From contig JAOPTW010000087.1 in NCBI GenBank assembly GCA_051532035.1, positions 1 to 21,123 on the forward strand: DNA of 21,123 bases, given 5' to 3'. The notes below the pieces were generated by a model. That model saw only the letters and a list, made by a program, of their open reading frames with translations. It was not told the origin of the DNA and did not search any database. The position numbers and the translations under genes are program-made. Below, piece by piece: positions 9,011-16,979 of the stretch (its first letter is position 1; each line of letters begins with the position of its first letter). Source of the DNA: Fibrobacterales bacterium. Its GTDB lineage: Bacteria > Fibrobacterota > Fibrobacteria > Fibrobacterales > JAOPTW01.

Positions 9011-10747
9011 ATGAAAAAAATAGGACTCATGCTATCAAGTGCTCAAGAAAAACAACTTCTCCACAAAGCACTCAAGCAAAATGACTACCGACCAGAGATC
9101 ATTGATGTTGATGATCCCCCCAATCATTTTGGGGTAATGAAACATAAACCAGATATTCTCCTTGTTGAAATACCAGAAGACCCTATTAATTACCTCTCAA
9201 CGATTCAATTGGTACATGGCGTAAAAACATTAAGTAACATACCTATTATTGCATATGGAGCCCACAGCGATCACGCGATGTTAAAACGACTCACCACAAT
9301 TGGGGTTCTTAAATATTTTGTACGCCCATTAAAATTAAAGGTGCTCCTTAATGTATTTCAAGTAGTGCTTGCCGCAAAAGAGAAAGCCCAGCGCAAATCA
9401 AGCTTCACTGTGGAAGAACAGAAAGATTTTGATCTGAGTTCACTGAGCGACCCCAAGGTTCTCGGCGGACTCAAACTCAACACAATGGTCGAGTATACTG
9501 ACAGTATCCTCGCATTCCCCTTTTCTATTGCAAAAATTGTTGAACTCACTGGTTCCGATGATTCAAGTGCCGATGATCTCGCTAATGCAATTAGATCTGA
9601 CCCCGCAATGTGTACCAACCTTGTCAAAGCGGCGAACTCGGTTACCTTTGCATCACGCTCAAATGTAATTGATTTTAAGGATGCCATTGTACGTATTGGT
9701 TTCAAAGAGACCAAAAAGATTGCCCTCGGATTGAAAGTCATTAACCTCCATGGCAAAGTTTCTAAACAAGCCGATTTTGATCGAGAAAGTTATTGGTTTC
9801 ACTCAATTTGTTGTGCGTTAGTAGCCGAAAAGCTTGCAAAACAATCGGGATACGATAATCCTGCCTATGCCTTTCTCGCAGGGCTTCTCCATGAATATTA
9901 CATTCTACTCCTTGATGAATATTTCCCCGATATATTTCAAAAGGTGATCTTTAAAACTCAAGTAAAGCTCAATAATATAAATGAGGCATTTAAAGAGATT
10001 ATTGGATTTTTACCCAGTGACTTTGTTGTTGCTCTTGCAAAAAGTTGGGGTATTCCACGAGAAGTAGTGAGTGCCTTAAAGCTCCATAAACAGTTTCTAA
10101 ACATCCCAGAGGATGTTTCATCAAGTGAAGAGCGACAACTCATTACCATTATCGGACTTGCAGATCTTCTCACCAAAACTGCCCGTATTGGCAACAGCTG
10201 TGACGAATATGTACGCCCGATACCAAAAGAACTCTTTATAGAAATGGGCCTTAACGCCGGAATCCCTTCAAACTTTTTTGACTCTATTTTACAACAAATC
10301 GACATGTTTACAACACTCCTTGGCCTGCGTCGTCGATCATTCCCCGAGCAGTGTTTTATCAGCAACTCAATGGAAAATATTCATGTCTATATTGTTCAAA
10401 CCAAGCGCAACCTATTTGAACCACACCTCTACTTTTTAGCACATAGTGATATTGCTCATACATTAGTACAGTCTCCTGAGGAACTCGAAGAATTCCTTCT
10501 TACCCCAGAAGAAACCCCCCTTCTCATCTTTAACCAGGTGCAAAACGATGGGCCCACACCCTTTCACGCCTATTTAAAGCATATTCACAACGGTTTTCTT
10601 CCAAAGCTCTACTTTGAAGAGACCAAAGGCTCACTTACCTGTGCGGAGGACTCAAAAAATATAAAGCTTACTAAATCTCTCGATCTACGATCAATTGTAC
10701 GCGCCTTTGATTCACTCCTTACTGATCTCCTTGATATCACCCGATAA
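9011..10747 (+). CDS. Pseudo-receiver + HDOD domain signalling protein, paralog 2
   Basis: Same architecture and motifs (KPDILLVEIP, IRSDPA, YWFHS, AFLAGLLHE, SWGIP); 11 nt after paralog 1 with a GTGAGG RBS. Confidence 0.85.
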   Translation: MKKIGLMLSSAQEKQLLHKALKQNDYRPEIIDVDDPPNHFGVMKHKPDILLVEIPEDPINYLSTIQLVHGVKTLSNIPIIAYGAHSDHAMLKRLTTIGVLKYFVRPLKLKVLLNVFQVVLAAKEKAQRKSSFTVEEQKDFDLSSLSDPKVLGGLKLNTMVEYTDSILAFPFSIAKIVELTGSDDSSADDLANAIRSDPAMCTNLVKAANSVTFASRSNVIDFKDAIVRIGFKETKKIALGLKVINLHGKVSKQADFDRESYWFHSICCALVAEKLAKQSGYDNPAYAFLAGLLHEYYILLLDEYFPDIFQKVIFKTQVKLNNINEAFKEIIGFLPSDFVVALAKSWGIPREVVSALKLHKQFLNIPEDVSSSEERQLITIIGLADLLTKTARIGNSCDEYVRPIPKELFIEMGLNAGIPSNFFDSILQQIDMFTTLLGLRRRSFPEQCFISNSMENIHVYIVQTKRNLFEPHLYFLAHSDIAHTLVQSPEELEEFLLTPEETPLLIFNQVQNDGPTPFHAYLKHIHNGFLPKLYFEETKGSLTCAEDSKNIKLTKSLDLRSIVRAFDSLLTDLLDITR

Positions 10748-10792
10748 AAAAAGCCAGACCCTTTATAAGGAGTCTGGCTTATTATATTTTTT
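10746..10792. terminator. Probable bidirectional rho-independent terminator between HDOD paralog 2 and glnK
   Basis: AAGCCAGAC-CCTT/AAGG-A-GTCTGGCTT stem (10751-10780), with an A-run on the left and T-rich sequence on the right, between convergent genes. Confidence 0.8.
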
Positions 10793-10801
10793 GATAAACG
10801 A

Positions 10802-11143
10802 TTAACGTATTGCTTCTACACCACGAGTTTTAGTCCGTAGACGAACCGCATCAACAACATCATAAATAAATAACTTTCCATCACCAACTTGACCTTCAGA
10901 TGCTGTATCAGTAATAACGGCTACACACTTTTCTAAATTGTCATCACTGACAATACACTCTATCTTCACTTTAGAGAGAAGAATCATCGATTTTTCAGTT
11001 CCTCGATATATTTCAGTGTATCCACGTTGGAGCCCTGCCCCCTTTACCGGGGTAACAGTCATACAAGGAATACCCGCCTCAGAGAGAGCACGCTGAATCG
11101 ATTCAAGTTTTGATGGTTTTACAATTGCTTCAACTTTTTTCAT
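10802..11143 (-). CDS. glnK: P-II nitrogen regulatory protein (amt-linked, GlnK-type)
   Basis: MKKVEAIVKP, T-loop G.G.Q.G.TEIYRG, B-loop GQVGDGKLFI and C-terminal AVRLRT; GGAG RBS; 11 nt downstream of amt. Confidence 0.93.
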   Translation of the reverse strand: MKKVEAIVKPSKLESIQRALSEAGIPCMTVTPVKGAGLQRGYTEIYRGTEKSMILLSKVKIECIVSDDNLEKCVAVITDTASEGQVGDGKLFIYDVVDAVRLRTKTRGVEAIR

Positions 11144-11154
11144 TGTACTACTCC

Positions 11155-12402
11155 TTATTCAAATGTGGTGTACGCTTCAACACCATATTCTGCAGCGTCA
11201 ATACCTGCGAGTTCTTCATCTCTTGGAATACGAATCCCAACTGTTTTCTTCATAATAGTCAATATAGCGAATGTAAGAACAAATGAGAATAGCCCAATAA
11301 CTGTCACACCAAGAACTTGTACACCGAGCAATGAGAAGCTTCCTGTATAAAAAAGACCACTTTCAGTTGCAAACAACCCAACAGCAATAGCCCCCCATGT
11401 TCCATTAACACCATGTACTGCAATAGCTCCAACAGGGTCATCAATTTTCATTTTATCAATGGCATATACTGCAATATCAACAAGAACACCAGCTATCAGT
11501 CCAATAAAAAGTGCCGCATTAGGTGATACCACATTACAACCTGCAGTGACTGCTACTAGTCCTGCAAGAATACCATTAATCACCATTGTAATATCAACTG
11601 TTTTATACCGAAGCATAGTATAAGTCATAGTTGCAATACCGCCCATTGCCGAGGCAAGAAAGGTATTTGTTGCCACTTTACCAATCATTTCCCAGTTGCC
11701 TACTGCTGCAAGAGTTGACCCTGGGTTAAACCCAAACCACCCAAACCAGAGAATAAATGCACCTACAGCTGCGAGGGGAAGATTGTGACCAGGAATTGCA
11801 TTTGCCGTGCCATCTTCATTGTATTTACCCATACGAGGCCCAAGAACTATTGCACCTGCAAGAGCTGCAAAGCCACCCATTGCATGTACCGCTGCAGAAC
11901 CAGCAAAATCATTAAAGCCCATATTAGCGAGCCAGCCGTTTGCATTCCACACCCATCCTGCCGCTACTGGATACATAATTGCACAGAAAATAAATACAAA
12001 TACTGCATAAGCCCAAATTTTCATACGTTCTGCCATTGCACCAGAAACAATTGAAATTGCCGCTACTGCAAAACCCATTTGGATGAACCAGAAGAGCTCA
12101 TCAGAAATAGTGAGGTCGTGTCCACTCTTCACAATACCAAACCCACAGCCAAACCAGCCGTTACTGTCCCCCTGCATAATTGCAAAGCCTACAATATAAA
12201 AGGCAATACCACCAAACATGATATCAACCAAAATTTTCGCAATAATACTCACACTATTTTTACTTCTGATAAACCCAGATTCGAGAAGCGCAAAGCCGCC
12301 CTCCATCTGAAAGATAAGTGCAGCACAAAGGGCAACCCAAACTGTATCAACAGCATGCGTCAACTCTTTTACATTACCAACTAATTCGGTAATTTCTTCC
12401 AT
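11155..12402 (-). CDS. amt: Ammonium transporter (Amt family, M[QE]xGFAxLE type)
   Basis: DFAGSAAVH, LWFGWFGFNPGS, NGILAGLVAVTA and IDDPVGAIAVHG; both twin-His residues present; GAGG RBS. Confidence 0.95.
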   Translation of the reverse strand: MEEITELVGNVKELTHAVDTVWVALCAALIFQMEGGFALLESGFIRSKNSVSIIAKILVDIMFGGIAFYIVGFAIMQGDSNGWFGCGFGIVKSGHDLTISDELFWFIQMGFAVAAISIVSGAMAERMKIWAYAVFVFIFCAIMYPVAAGWVWNANGWLANMGFNDFAGSAAVHAMGGFAALAGAIVLGPRMGKYNEDGTANAIPGHNLPLAAVGAFILWFGWFGFNPGSTLAAVGNWEMIGKVATNTFLASAMGGIATMTYTMLRYKTVDITMVINGILAGLVAVTAGCNVVSPNAALFIGLIAGVLVDIAVYAIDKMKIDDPVGAIAVHGVNGTWGAIAVGLFATESGLFYTGSFSLLGVQVLGVTVIGLFSFVLTFAILTIMKKTVGIRIPRDEELAGIDAAEYGVEAYTTFE

Positions 12403-12441
12403 TATTTCCTCATTATATAGTATAACCTTCGCTTTTCATTC

Positions 12442-12457
12442 AGCAAAATATGTACCA
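12442..12457 (-). promoter_or_regulatory. Sigma54 (-24/-12) promoter of amt-glnK operon 1
   Basis: The minus strand reads TGGTACATATTTTGCT, i.e. GG-N10-GC with TGG and TTGC, about 40 nt upstream of the amt ATG. Confidence 0.8.
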
Positions 12458-12538
12458 TCTTACCAAGTTGTAATACAAAAGCGTATTTATAGTCCAATTC
12501 ACAAAATACAAGAGTAAAACATAATCTCACAGCCCTTA

Positions 12539-12587
12539 TTGTACATTTTTGTCGCACATTAATGAACATTTCAACCTTTATGTTGGT
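12539..12587. promoter_or_regulatory. Putative enhancer-binding-protein sites (UAS) for amt-glnK operon 1
   Basis: TTGTACATTTTTGTCGCA (12539-12556) and the weaker TTCAACCTTTATGTTGGT (12570-12587), 31 bp apart; same motif as upstream of operon 2. Confidence 0.55.
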
Positions 12588-12648
12588 TAAAGGCCCGGCA
12601 AACCAATACATTTACACCATACTTCCCTACCCTTTTATCTCATTTTTA

Positions 12649-12657
12649 TGATATACT
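12649..12657 (+). promoter_or_regulatory. Extended -10 promoter element (TGnTATACT) of HDOD paralog 3
   Basis: TGATATACT ends 6 nt before the ATG at 12664; no Shine-Dalgarno sequence. Confidence 0.45.
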
Positions 12658-12663
12658 ATCACT

Positions 12664-14412
12664 ATGATTACCATCCTCATAGCCGCATACCACTCCCAAG
12701 AAAGCCATATCCTCCTTTCTGCATTTAAACAAAAAGGACTTCTCTGTAGAGTACTCCCTCCAGATAGCTCAACCTATCTCAAAATCCAAACTTCTAAACC
12801 CAATGTGGTATTAGTTGACCTCCCCAAAGATGACATCCACCAGATTAAGTTTATCGAGAAAGTCCGCAACAACAAACTCCTTGCCTCCTTGCCCATCATA
12901 GGATTCGGTAATCCTGTTGACAGGCCGATGCTCAATAGATATTTACACGCCGGGATTGGGTCATTTATTGCGCGCCCCTTAAAGTTCGGAACAATACTCG
13001 ACATACTCGCTCGTGCACTCACTGAACAGAACACCCTTTTGGACCCCAAAGAACAACAGAGCCGGGCAGCCTATTTCGATATCCTCCTCGATTCAAAAAT
13101 TGCCGCCTCAGAAAAACTCGAAGTCATGAGCAAACAAGTTGACCGCGCAAAAGCCTTCCCTTTCACTATAACTAAAATCATATCCCTCACAGAAAAAAAT
13201 AACACCAGCATTAAAGAACTCGCTAAGGCCATCCAATCAGACCCTACAATGACCGCCAACACATTAAAAATATCTAACTCTGTCTTTTTCAGGTCGCGCT
13301 TTAGAGTTGACGGCAAAATTAAAACAATCCCAGATGCTATAGTGAGAATTGGTTTTGCCCAAACAAAGAAAATTGCCGCCAGTCTTATAGTAGCAGACCT
13401 TATCAACAAAGAGGAGAGCAGCTTTGGCTTCCAGAGAGAAGAATTCTGGTTTAACAGCATCGCGACTGCTATTATTGCAGAACACCTCGCCAAACGCTGT
13501 AACCTAAAAGAACCCGCCTTCGCCTATCTCGCAGGACTCCTTCACGAATACGGCATTGTAGTCTATGATGACTATCTTCGAGAAATATTTATTCTCATGC
13601 TCGAACACACATTTAACGAACGCTGCTCCTTTGACGCCACCGGAATGGAACTCATCGGCCTTACCCAAAATGAGTTTACCCACTACCTCTTTGACGAGTG
13701 GAACCTCCCCCCTGAACTCAGTACCAGTATTCGCTACCACAAAAAATTCACTGACATTCCCGATACAGGGCTCGACAATGAAACCCAAAAATTATGTCAC
13801 ATCGTAGGCCTCTCCTCACTCCTTGCCAAATGCATCAACATTGGCCGTTCCTGTGACGAGTACATTCACCCAATACCCGATGCACTCATGAAGAAACTTG
13901 TACTCCCCCATGGTCTCGATATGGACTTCTTTGTGCCCATATTTCAAGAGGTCGCGCTCTATAGTGAATTTTTTGAAATGGGCGACCGACCAATACCTGC
14001 TCGATGCTTTGTTGCCGGCCCCGAGAAAGAGCCCTTCACCCTCACCATTTTAAATGAAAGCTCCACCATCCTTGAGCCCCAACTTCTCTATCTTCAAAGT
14101 ATAGGATTTGCGCAGGTTCATTTTGAAGATTTCGACCATTTTAACGAACTCGTCAGTTCCCAAAAAATCGACCTATGCATTGTCAACACATCTGAAAAAG
14201 TGAGTTACGAAGACTACAGTCCTTACTTAGATAGCATGCACAGTTTTAGCATCCCGAAACTTGTATTTACCGATACTGGTACCGGTATCGTAGAAGACCC
14301 CTATACCCGAGCACTCCCTAAAACACTTGACTTACACTTAGTACTCCGTGCAATAGAGGATCTTTTAAAAAATCATAAACATGAGTATCTCAGCATTGCA
14401 CGCGATACATAA
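12664..14412 (+). CDS. Pseudo-receiver + HDOD domain signalling protein, paralog 3
   Basis: Same architecture (KPNVVLVDLP, FIARPLK, IQSDP, NSVFF, FWFNS, AYLAGLLHE, EWNLP, IGRSCDE). Confidence 0.85.
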   Translation: MITILIAAYHSQESHILLSAFKQKGLLCRVLPPDSSTYLKIQTSKPNVVLVDLPKDDIHQIKFIEKVRNNKLLASLPIIGFGNPVDRPMLNRYLHAGIGSFIARPLKFGTILDILARALTEQNTLLDPKEQQSRAAYFDILLDSKIAASEKLEVMSKQVDRAKAFPFTITKIISLTEKNNTSIKELAKAIQSDPTMTANTLKISNSVFFRSRFRVDGKIKTIPDAIVRIGFAQTKKIAASLIVADLINKEESSFGFQREEFWFNSIATAIIAEHLAKRCNLKEPAFAYLAGLLHEYGIVVYDDYLREIFILMLEHTFNERCSFDATGMELIGLTQNEFTHYLFDEWNLPPELSTSIRYHKKFTDIPDTGLDNETQKLCHIVGLSSLLAKCINIGRSCDEYIHPIPDALMKKLVLPHGLDMDFFVPIFQEVALYSEFFEMGDRPIPARCFVAGPEKEPFTLTILNESSTILEPQLLYLQSIGFAQVHFEDFDHFNELVSSQKIDLCIVNTSEKVSYEDYSPYLDSMHSFSIPKLVFTDTGTGIVEDPYTRALPKTLDLHLVLRAIEDLLKNHKHEYLSIARDT

Positions 14413-14443
14413 AAAAGGGACGCCCATTTGTACAGGCGCCCCT
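14411..14443 (-). terminator. Rho-independent terminator of the mini nrdD-like gene
   Basis: Minus strand: GGGGCGCC-tgtacaaatg-GGCGTCCC-TTTTTT. The stem includes a G-U pair on the minus transcript, and the U-tract is on that strand. Confidence 0.8.
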
Positions 14444-14466
14444 AAAGTTTGAATAGTCGTTGAAAA

Positions 14467-14646
14467 TTAAGCAGTTGCGCGGAGACCAAATTCTTCCATA
14501 GCACGTACTTCACGGAACGGGGTACGTTCAGCATATTCAGATTTTTTGCCCGTATTAAACTCGGTAACTGGTCTATGATATCCCATAACCCGAGTCCAGA
14601 CTTCGCACTTAGTTCTCTCTGAATCTTTTAAAACAATAGCAGACAT
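14467..14646 (-). CDS. 59-aa stand-alone class III ribonucleotide reductase (NrdD) glycyl-radical-loop protein; not in the supplied ORF track
   Basis: Manual translation: MSAIVLKDSERTKCEVWTRVMGYHRPVTEFNTGKKSEYAERTPFREVRAMEEFGLRATA*. It matches the NrdD C-terminal pattern EV[YW][ST]RVxGYxRPVxx[WF]NxGKxxExxxR. AAGGGAAG RBS upstream, terminator downstream, NrdR-like boxes upstream. Confidence 0.88.
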   Translation of the reverse strand: MSAIVLKDSERTKCEVWTRVMGYHRPVTEFNTGKKSEYAERTPFREVRAMEEFGLRATA

Positions 14647-14690
14647 GTGCTTCCCTTTTTAAAGGTGTGATCGTTACTTTCTAAAAGGTA

Positions 14691-14737
14691 ATACACTTTA
14701 TTGTGGGCCATGGTATTTTTTATACAAGATACAGTGA
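14691..14737. promoter_or_regulatory. Tandem NrdR boxes
   Basis: ATACACTTTATTGTGG (14691-14706) and ATACAAGATACAGTGA (14722-14737) each match 12/16 positions of acaCwAtATaTwGtgt. Their starts are 31 bp apart, upstream of the NrdD-like mini gene. Confidence 0.7.
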
Positions 14738-14804
14738 ATTTTTAATGCCCCAAGAAAACATTGAGAAAATTGAGTTACAAGTAGTTATGGAATTTAAAAG
14801 GGCC

Positions 14805-15059
14805 CTATCTCAAAATGAACACATAAAGAAATACACCAAGAACTAACCACGCAATTATTTTTAAAACCGGAGCAACCTCTCCAGATTTTTTACCTATTGG
14901 ATTAGCAGGATAAATATCCTCTTCGGGAAGCCCAACATTATCATAGATAGTATCGTCATTCCAGCCTGTATCAGCATCAGAACCACAGTGAGGGCACGCA
15001 AGTTTTCCTTCCGCTACTTCCTCTCCACAGTTGGGACATATAAAATATTTTTTAGACAT
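14805..15059 (-). CDS. Zinc-ribbon protein with C-terminal transmembrane helix
   Basis: CPNC-x10-CPHC, an acidic linker, then hydrophobic C-terminus IIAWLVLGVFLYVFIL. Confidence 0.8.
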   Translation of the reverse strand: MSKKYFICPNCGEEVAEGKLACPHCGSDADTGWNDDTIYDNVGLPEEDIYPANPIGKKSGEVAPVLKIIAWLVLGVFLYVFILR

Positions 15060-15093
15060 ACCGTAACCTAATCCAAGCTATTGAATGAAAATC

Positions 15094-15127
15094 AAAACAC
15101 CCCTCTGACATAAAATCAGAGAGGTGC
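15094..15127 (-). terminator. Rho-independent terminator of the XRE-leuC-leuD operon
   Basis: Minus strand: CACCTCTCTGA-ttttatg-TCAGAGGGGTG-TTTT. Confidence 0.75.
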
Positions 15128-15161
15128 TATTAAAATAAATCAATCAAACAAAATTCGTTGA

Positions 15162-15686
15162 TTAATAGTTTTTATCTGCATATTCAAGCCAGCCACCTGC
15201 ATTCACAAGTGCCTCATCATATTGACTAATTGAGAAAGAGACGGTTTGTTGCTTATCGCCACCCTCAATAAGAATAGTTTTCTCTTCGAGGTTAACCTCT
15301 ATAAGAGTATCGATTCCACCAAACTCTTTAAAAAGCTCATCAATCGTTTCAGAAGGAAGTTCAATCGCCATCATCCCACAGTTAAACATATTCTGACGGA
15401 AAATACGAGCATAACTTTCAGCAATTACCACATTAATACCATTTACTTCAAAAGCCCATGGCGCATGCTCACGCGATGACCCACATCCAAAGTTTCCACG
15501 AGTAATCACAACACCTTTGTTTCCACAATCCTTTGTAGGATTAAATGTATCAAGAGTGAGATCTTCAAGAAGATACGGCTTGAGCGCTTCTTTAGTAATT
15601 TCAGTGAGGTATTTTGCAGGAATGATCTCATCAGTATTAATATCTGATCTATCTAAAAACAGTACGTTACCTTTAAATTGTTTCAT
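15162..15686 (-). CDS. leuD: 3-isopropylmalate dehydratase/(homo)aconitase-family small subunit (LeuD type 2-like)
   Basis: DINTDEIIPAKYL, GNFGCGSSREHAPWA and AESYARIFRQNMFNCG; AAGGAG RBS. Family assignment is solid; substrate is uncertain. Confidence 0.85.
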   Translation of the reverse strand: MKQFKGNVLFLDRSDINTDEIIPAKYLTEITKEALKPYLLEDLTLDTFNPTKDCGNKGVVITRGNFGCGSSREHAPWAFEVNGINVVIAESYARIFRQNMFNCGMMAIELPSETIDELFKEFGGIDTLIEVNLEEKTILIEGGDKQQTVSFSISQYDEALVNAGGWLEYADKNY

Positions 15687-15701
15687 TGTATTCTCCTTAC
15701 C

Positions 15702-16979
15702 TTACACTATTGCCGAAGTTATTTTACCAGCAATTGCCGTTGCAGCTGCCGACGCAGGACTCATAAGGTGTACCGTACCACCCTTACCCATACGACCATT
15801 AAAGTTACGGTTCGTTGTTGACGCACATACTTCACCATCTGCAAGTACACCGTTACTCATTCCGAGACACGCACCACAGGTTGGGTTTGTTACACAAAAT
15901 CCTGCCGCCATGAATGTAGAAATGATCCCTTCATCAATAGCCATACGCATGATATCTGGTGTAGCTGGCGCGAGAATGCCCCGTACATCAGAACTAATTC
16001 TTTTTCCTTCAAGAACTTTTGCTGCTTCACGGAGATCCGTGATACGCCCATTAGTACATGAACCAACATAGACTTGATCAACAGGTGTTCCTTCCATTTC
16101 AGAAATTTCGGTTACTTCATCAGGCTTGTTTCCAAATGTGGCTTGTGGAGTAAGATCAGACATGTCATAATCATATACTTTAGCAAAATCAGCATCTGGA
16201 TCAGAGCACCACTTCGCATATTCTAAAAGTGCCGCTTCTTTGGTTTCAAACTCATCCTGAATAAATGGCCAGAGGTATTCAACAGTCGCTTCATCTGCCG
16301 CACAAACACCACACGTACCACCAGCTTCAATTGCCATGTTACAGAGAGTCATACGCTGTTCCATATCCATAGAATCAACAAGAGGCCCTGTAAATTCCAT
16401 CACTTTATTGGTGGCCCCATTTACTGAGATCTGTTTAATGATATAGAGGATCACATCTTTTGCAAAAACACCCGGCTTAAGTTTACCGGTTAAATTAAAC
16501 TTGATAGTCTCAGGCTGCATAAAAGAACAAACACCTTTAAGAATACCAACTTCTAGGTCAGTTGTTCCAACACCTGCAGCAAATGCACCAAATGCACCAT
16601 GAGTACACGTATGTGAATCACCCATGATGATTGTATCACCAGGACGTACAAACCCTTTCTCTGGAAAGATTGCATGACATACGCCATTCTCGCCAATATC
16701 AAAAAAGTCTTTAATATCGTTACGACGCGCCCACTCGCGCATAATCTTACCCTGCATTGCAGTTTTAGAATCTTTCGCTGGTGTTACGTGGTCAATAACT
16801 GCTTTAATTGCAGTTTTATCAAAGACACGATCTTTTCCACGCGCCATAAGGTCAGTGATAGCAATCGGTGTAGTGATCTCGTGACAAAATACTTTATCGA
16901 GTTTGATAACGTTAACACCGGGAAACGGTTGATCAACAAGATGCGTCTCGAATATTTTTTCAGTTATGGTCTTTCCCAT
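15702..16979 (-). CDS. leuC: 3-isopropylmalate dehydratase/(homo)aconitase-family large subunit (LeuC type 2-like)
   Basis: HEITTP, DHVTP, GVCH, DSHTCTHGAFG, Fe-S ligands GSCTNGR and CGACLG, STTNRNFNGRMG. The start is set at ATG 16979 (MGKTITEK) behind AGGAGAAGGA rather than at 17012. Confidence 0.88.
   Translation of the reverse strand: MGKTITEKIFETHLVDQPFPGVNVIKLDKVFCHEITTPIAITDLMARGKDRVFDKTAIKAVIDHVTPAKDSKTAMQGKIMREWARRNDIKDFFDIGENGVCHAIFPEKGFVRPGDTIIMGDSHTCTHGAFGAFAAGVGTTDLEVGILKGVCSFMQPETIKFNLTGKLKPGVFAKDVILYIIKQISVNGATNKVMEFTGPLVDSMDMEQRMTLCNMAIEAGGTCGVCAADEATVEYLWPFIQDEFETKEAALLEYAKWCSDPDADFAKVYDYDMSDLTPQATFGNKPDEVTEISEMEGTPVDQVYVGSCTNGRITDLREAAKVLEGKRISSDVRGILAPATPDIMRMAIDEGIISTFMAAGFCVTNPTCGACLGMSNGVLADGEVCASTTNRNFNGRMGKGGTVHLMSPASAAATAIAGKITSAIV

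Noticed and set aside
2292..10747. Helicase + ankyrin + HD-fold proteins as an anti-phage defence system
   Set aside because: The helicase is an ordinary HrpA in a housekeeping context, the HD-fold proteins are HDOD signalling types, the genes are not co-oriented, and no mobile-element signs are present.
12402..12611. 69-aa ORF upstream of amt-1
   Set aside because: It spans the sigma54 promoter and enhancer sites and has no protein-like features; judged spurious.
7583..16071. Recurring antisense ORFs inside the HDOD genes and leuC/leuD (e.g. 7583-7852, 9358-9756, 13071-13493, 15517-16071)
   Set aside because: These are shadow ORFs; their mutual similarity simply mirrors the paralogy of the sense-strand genes.
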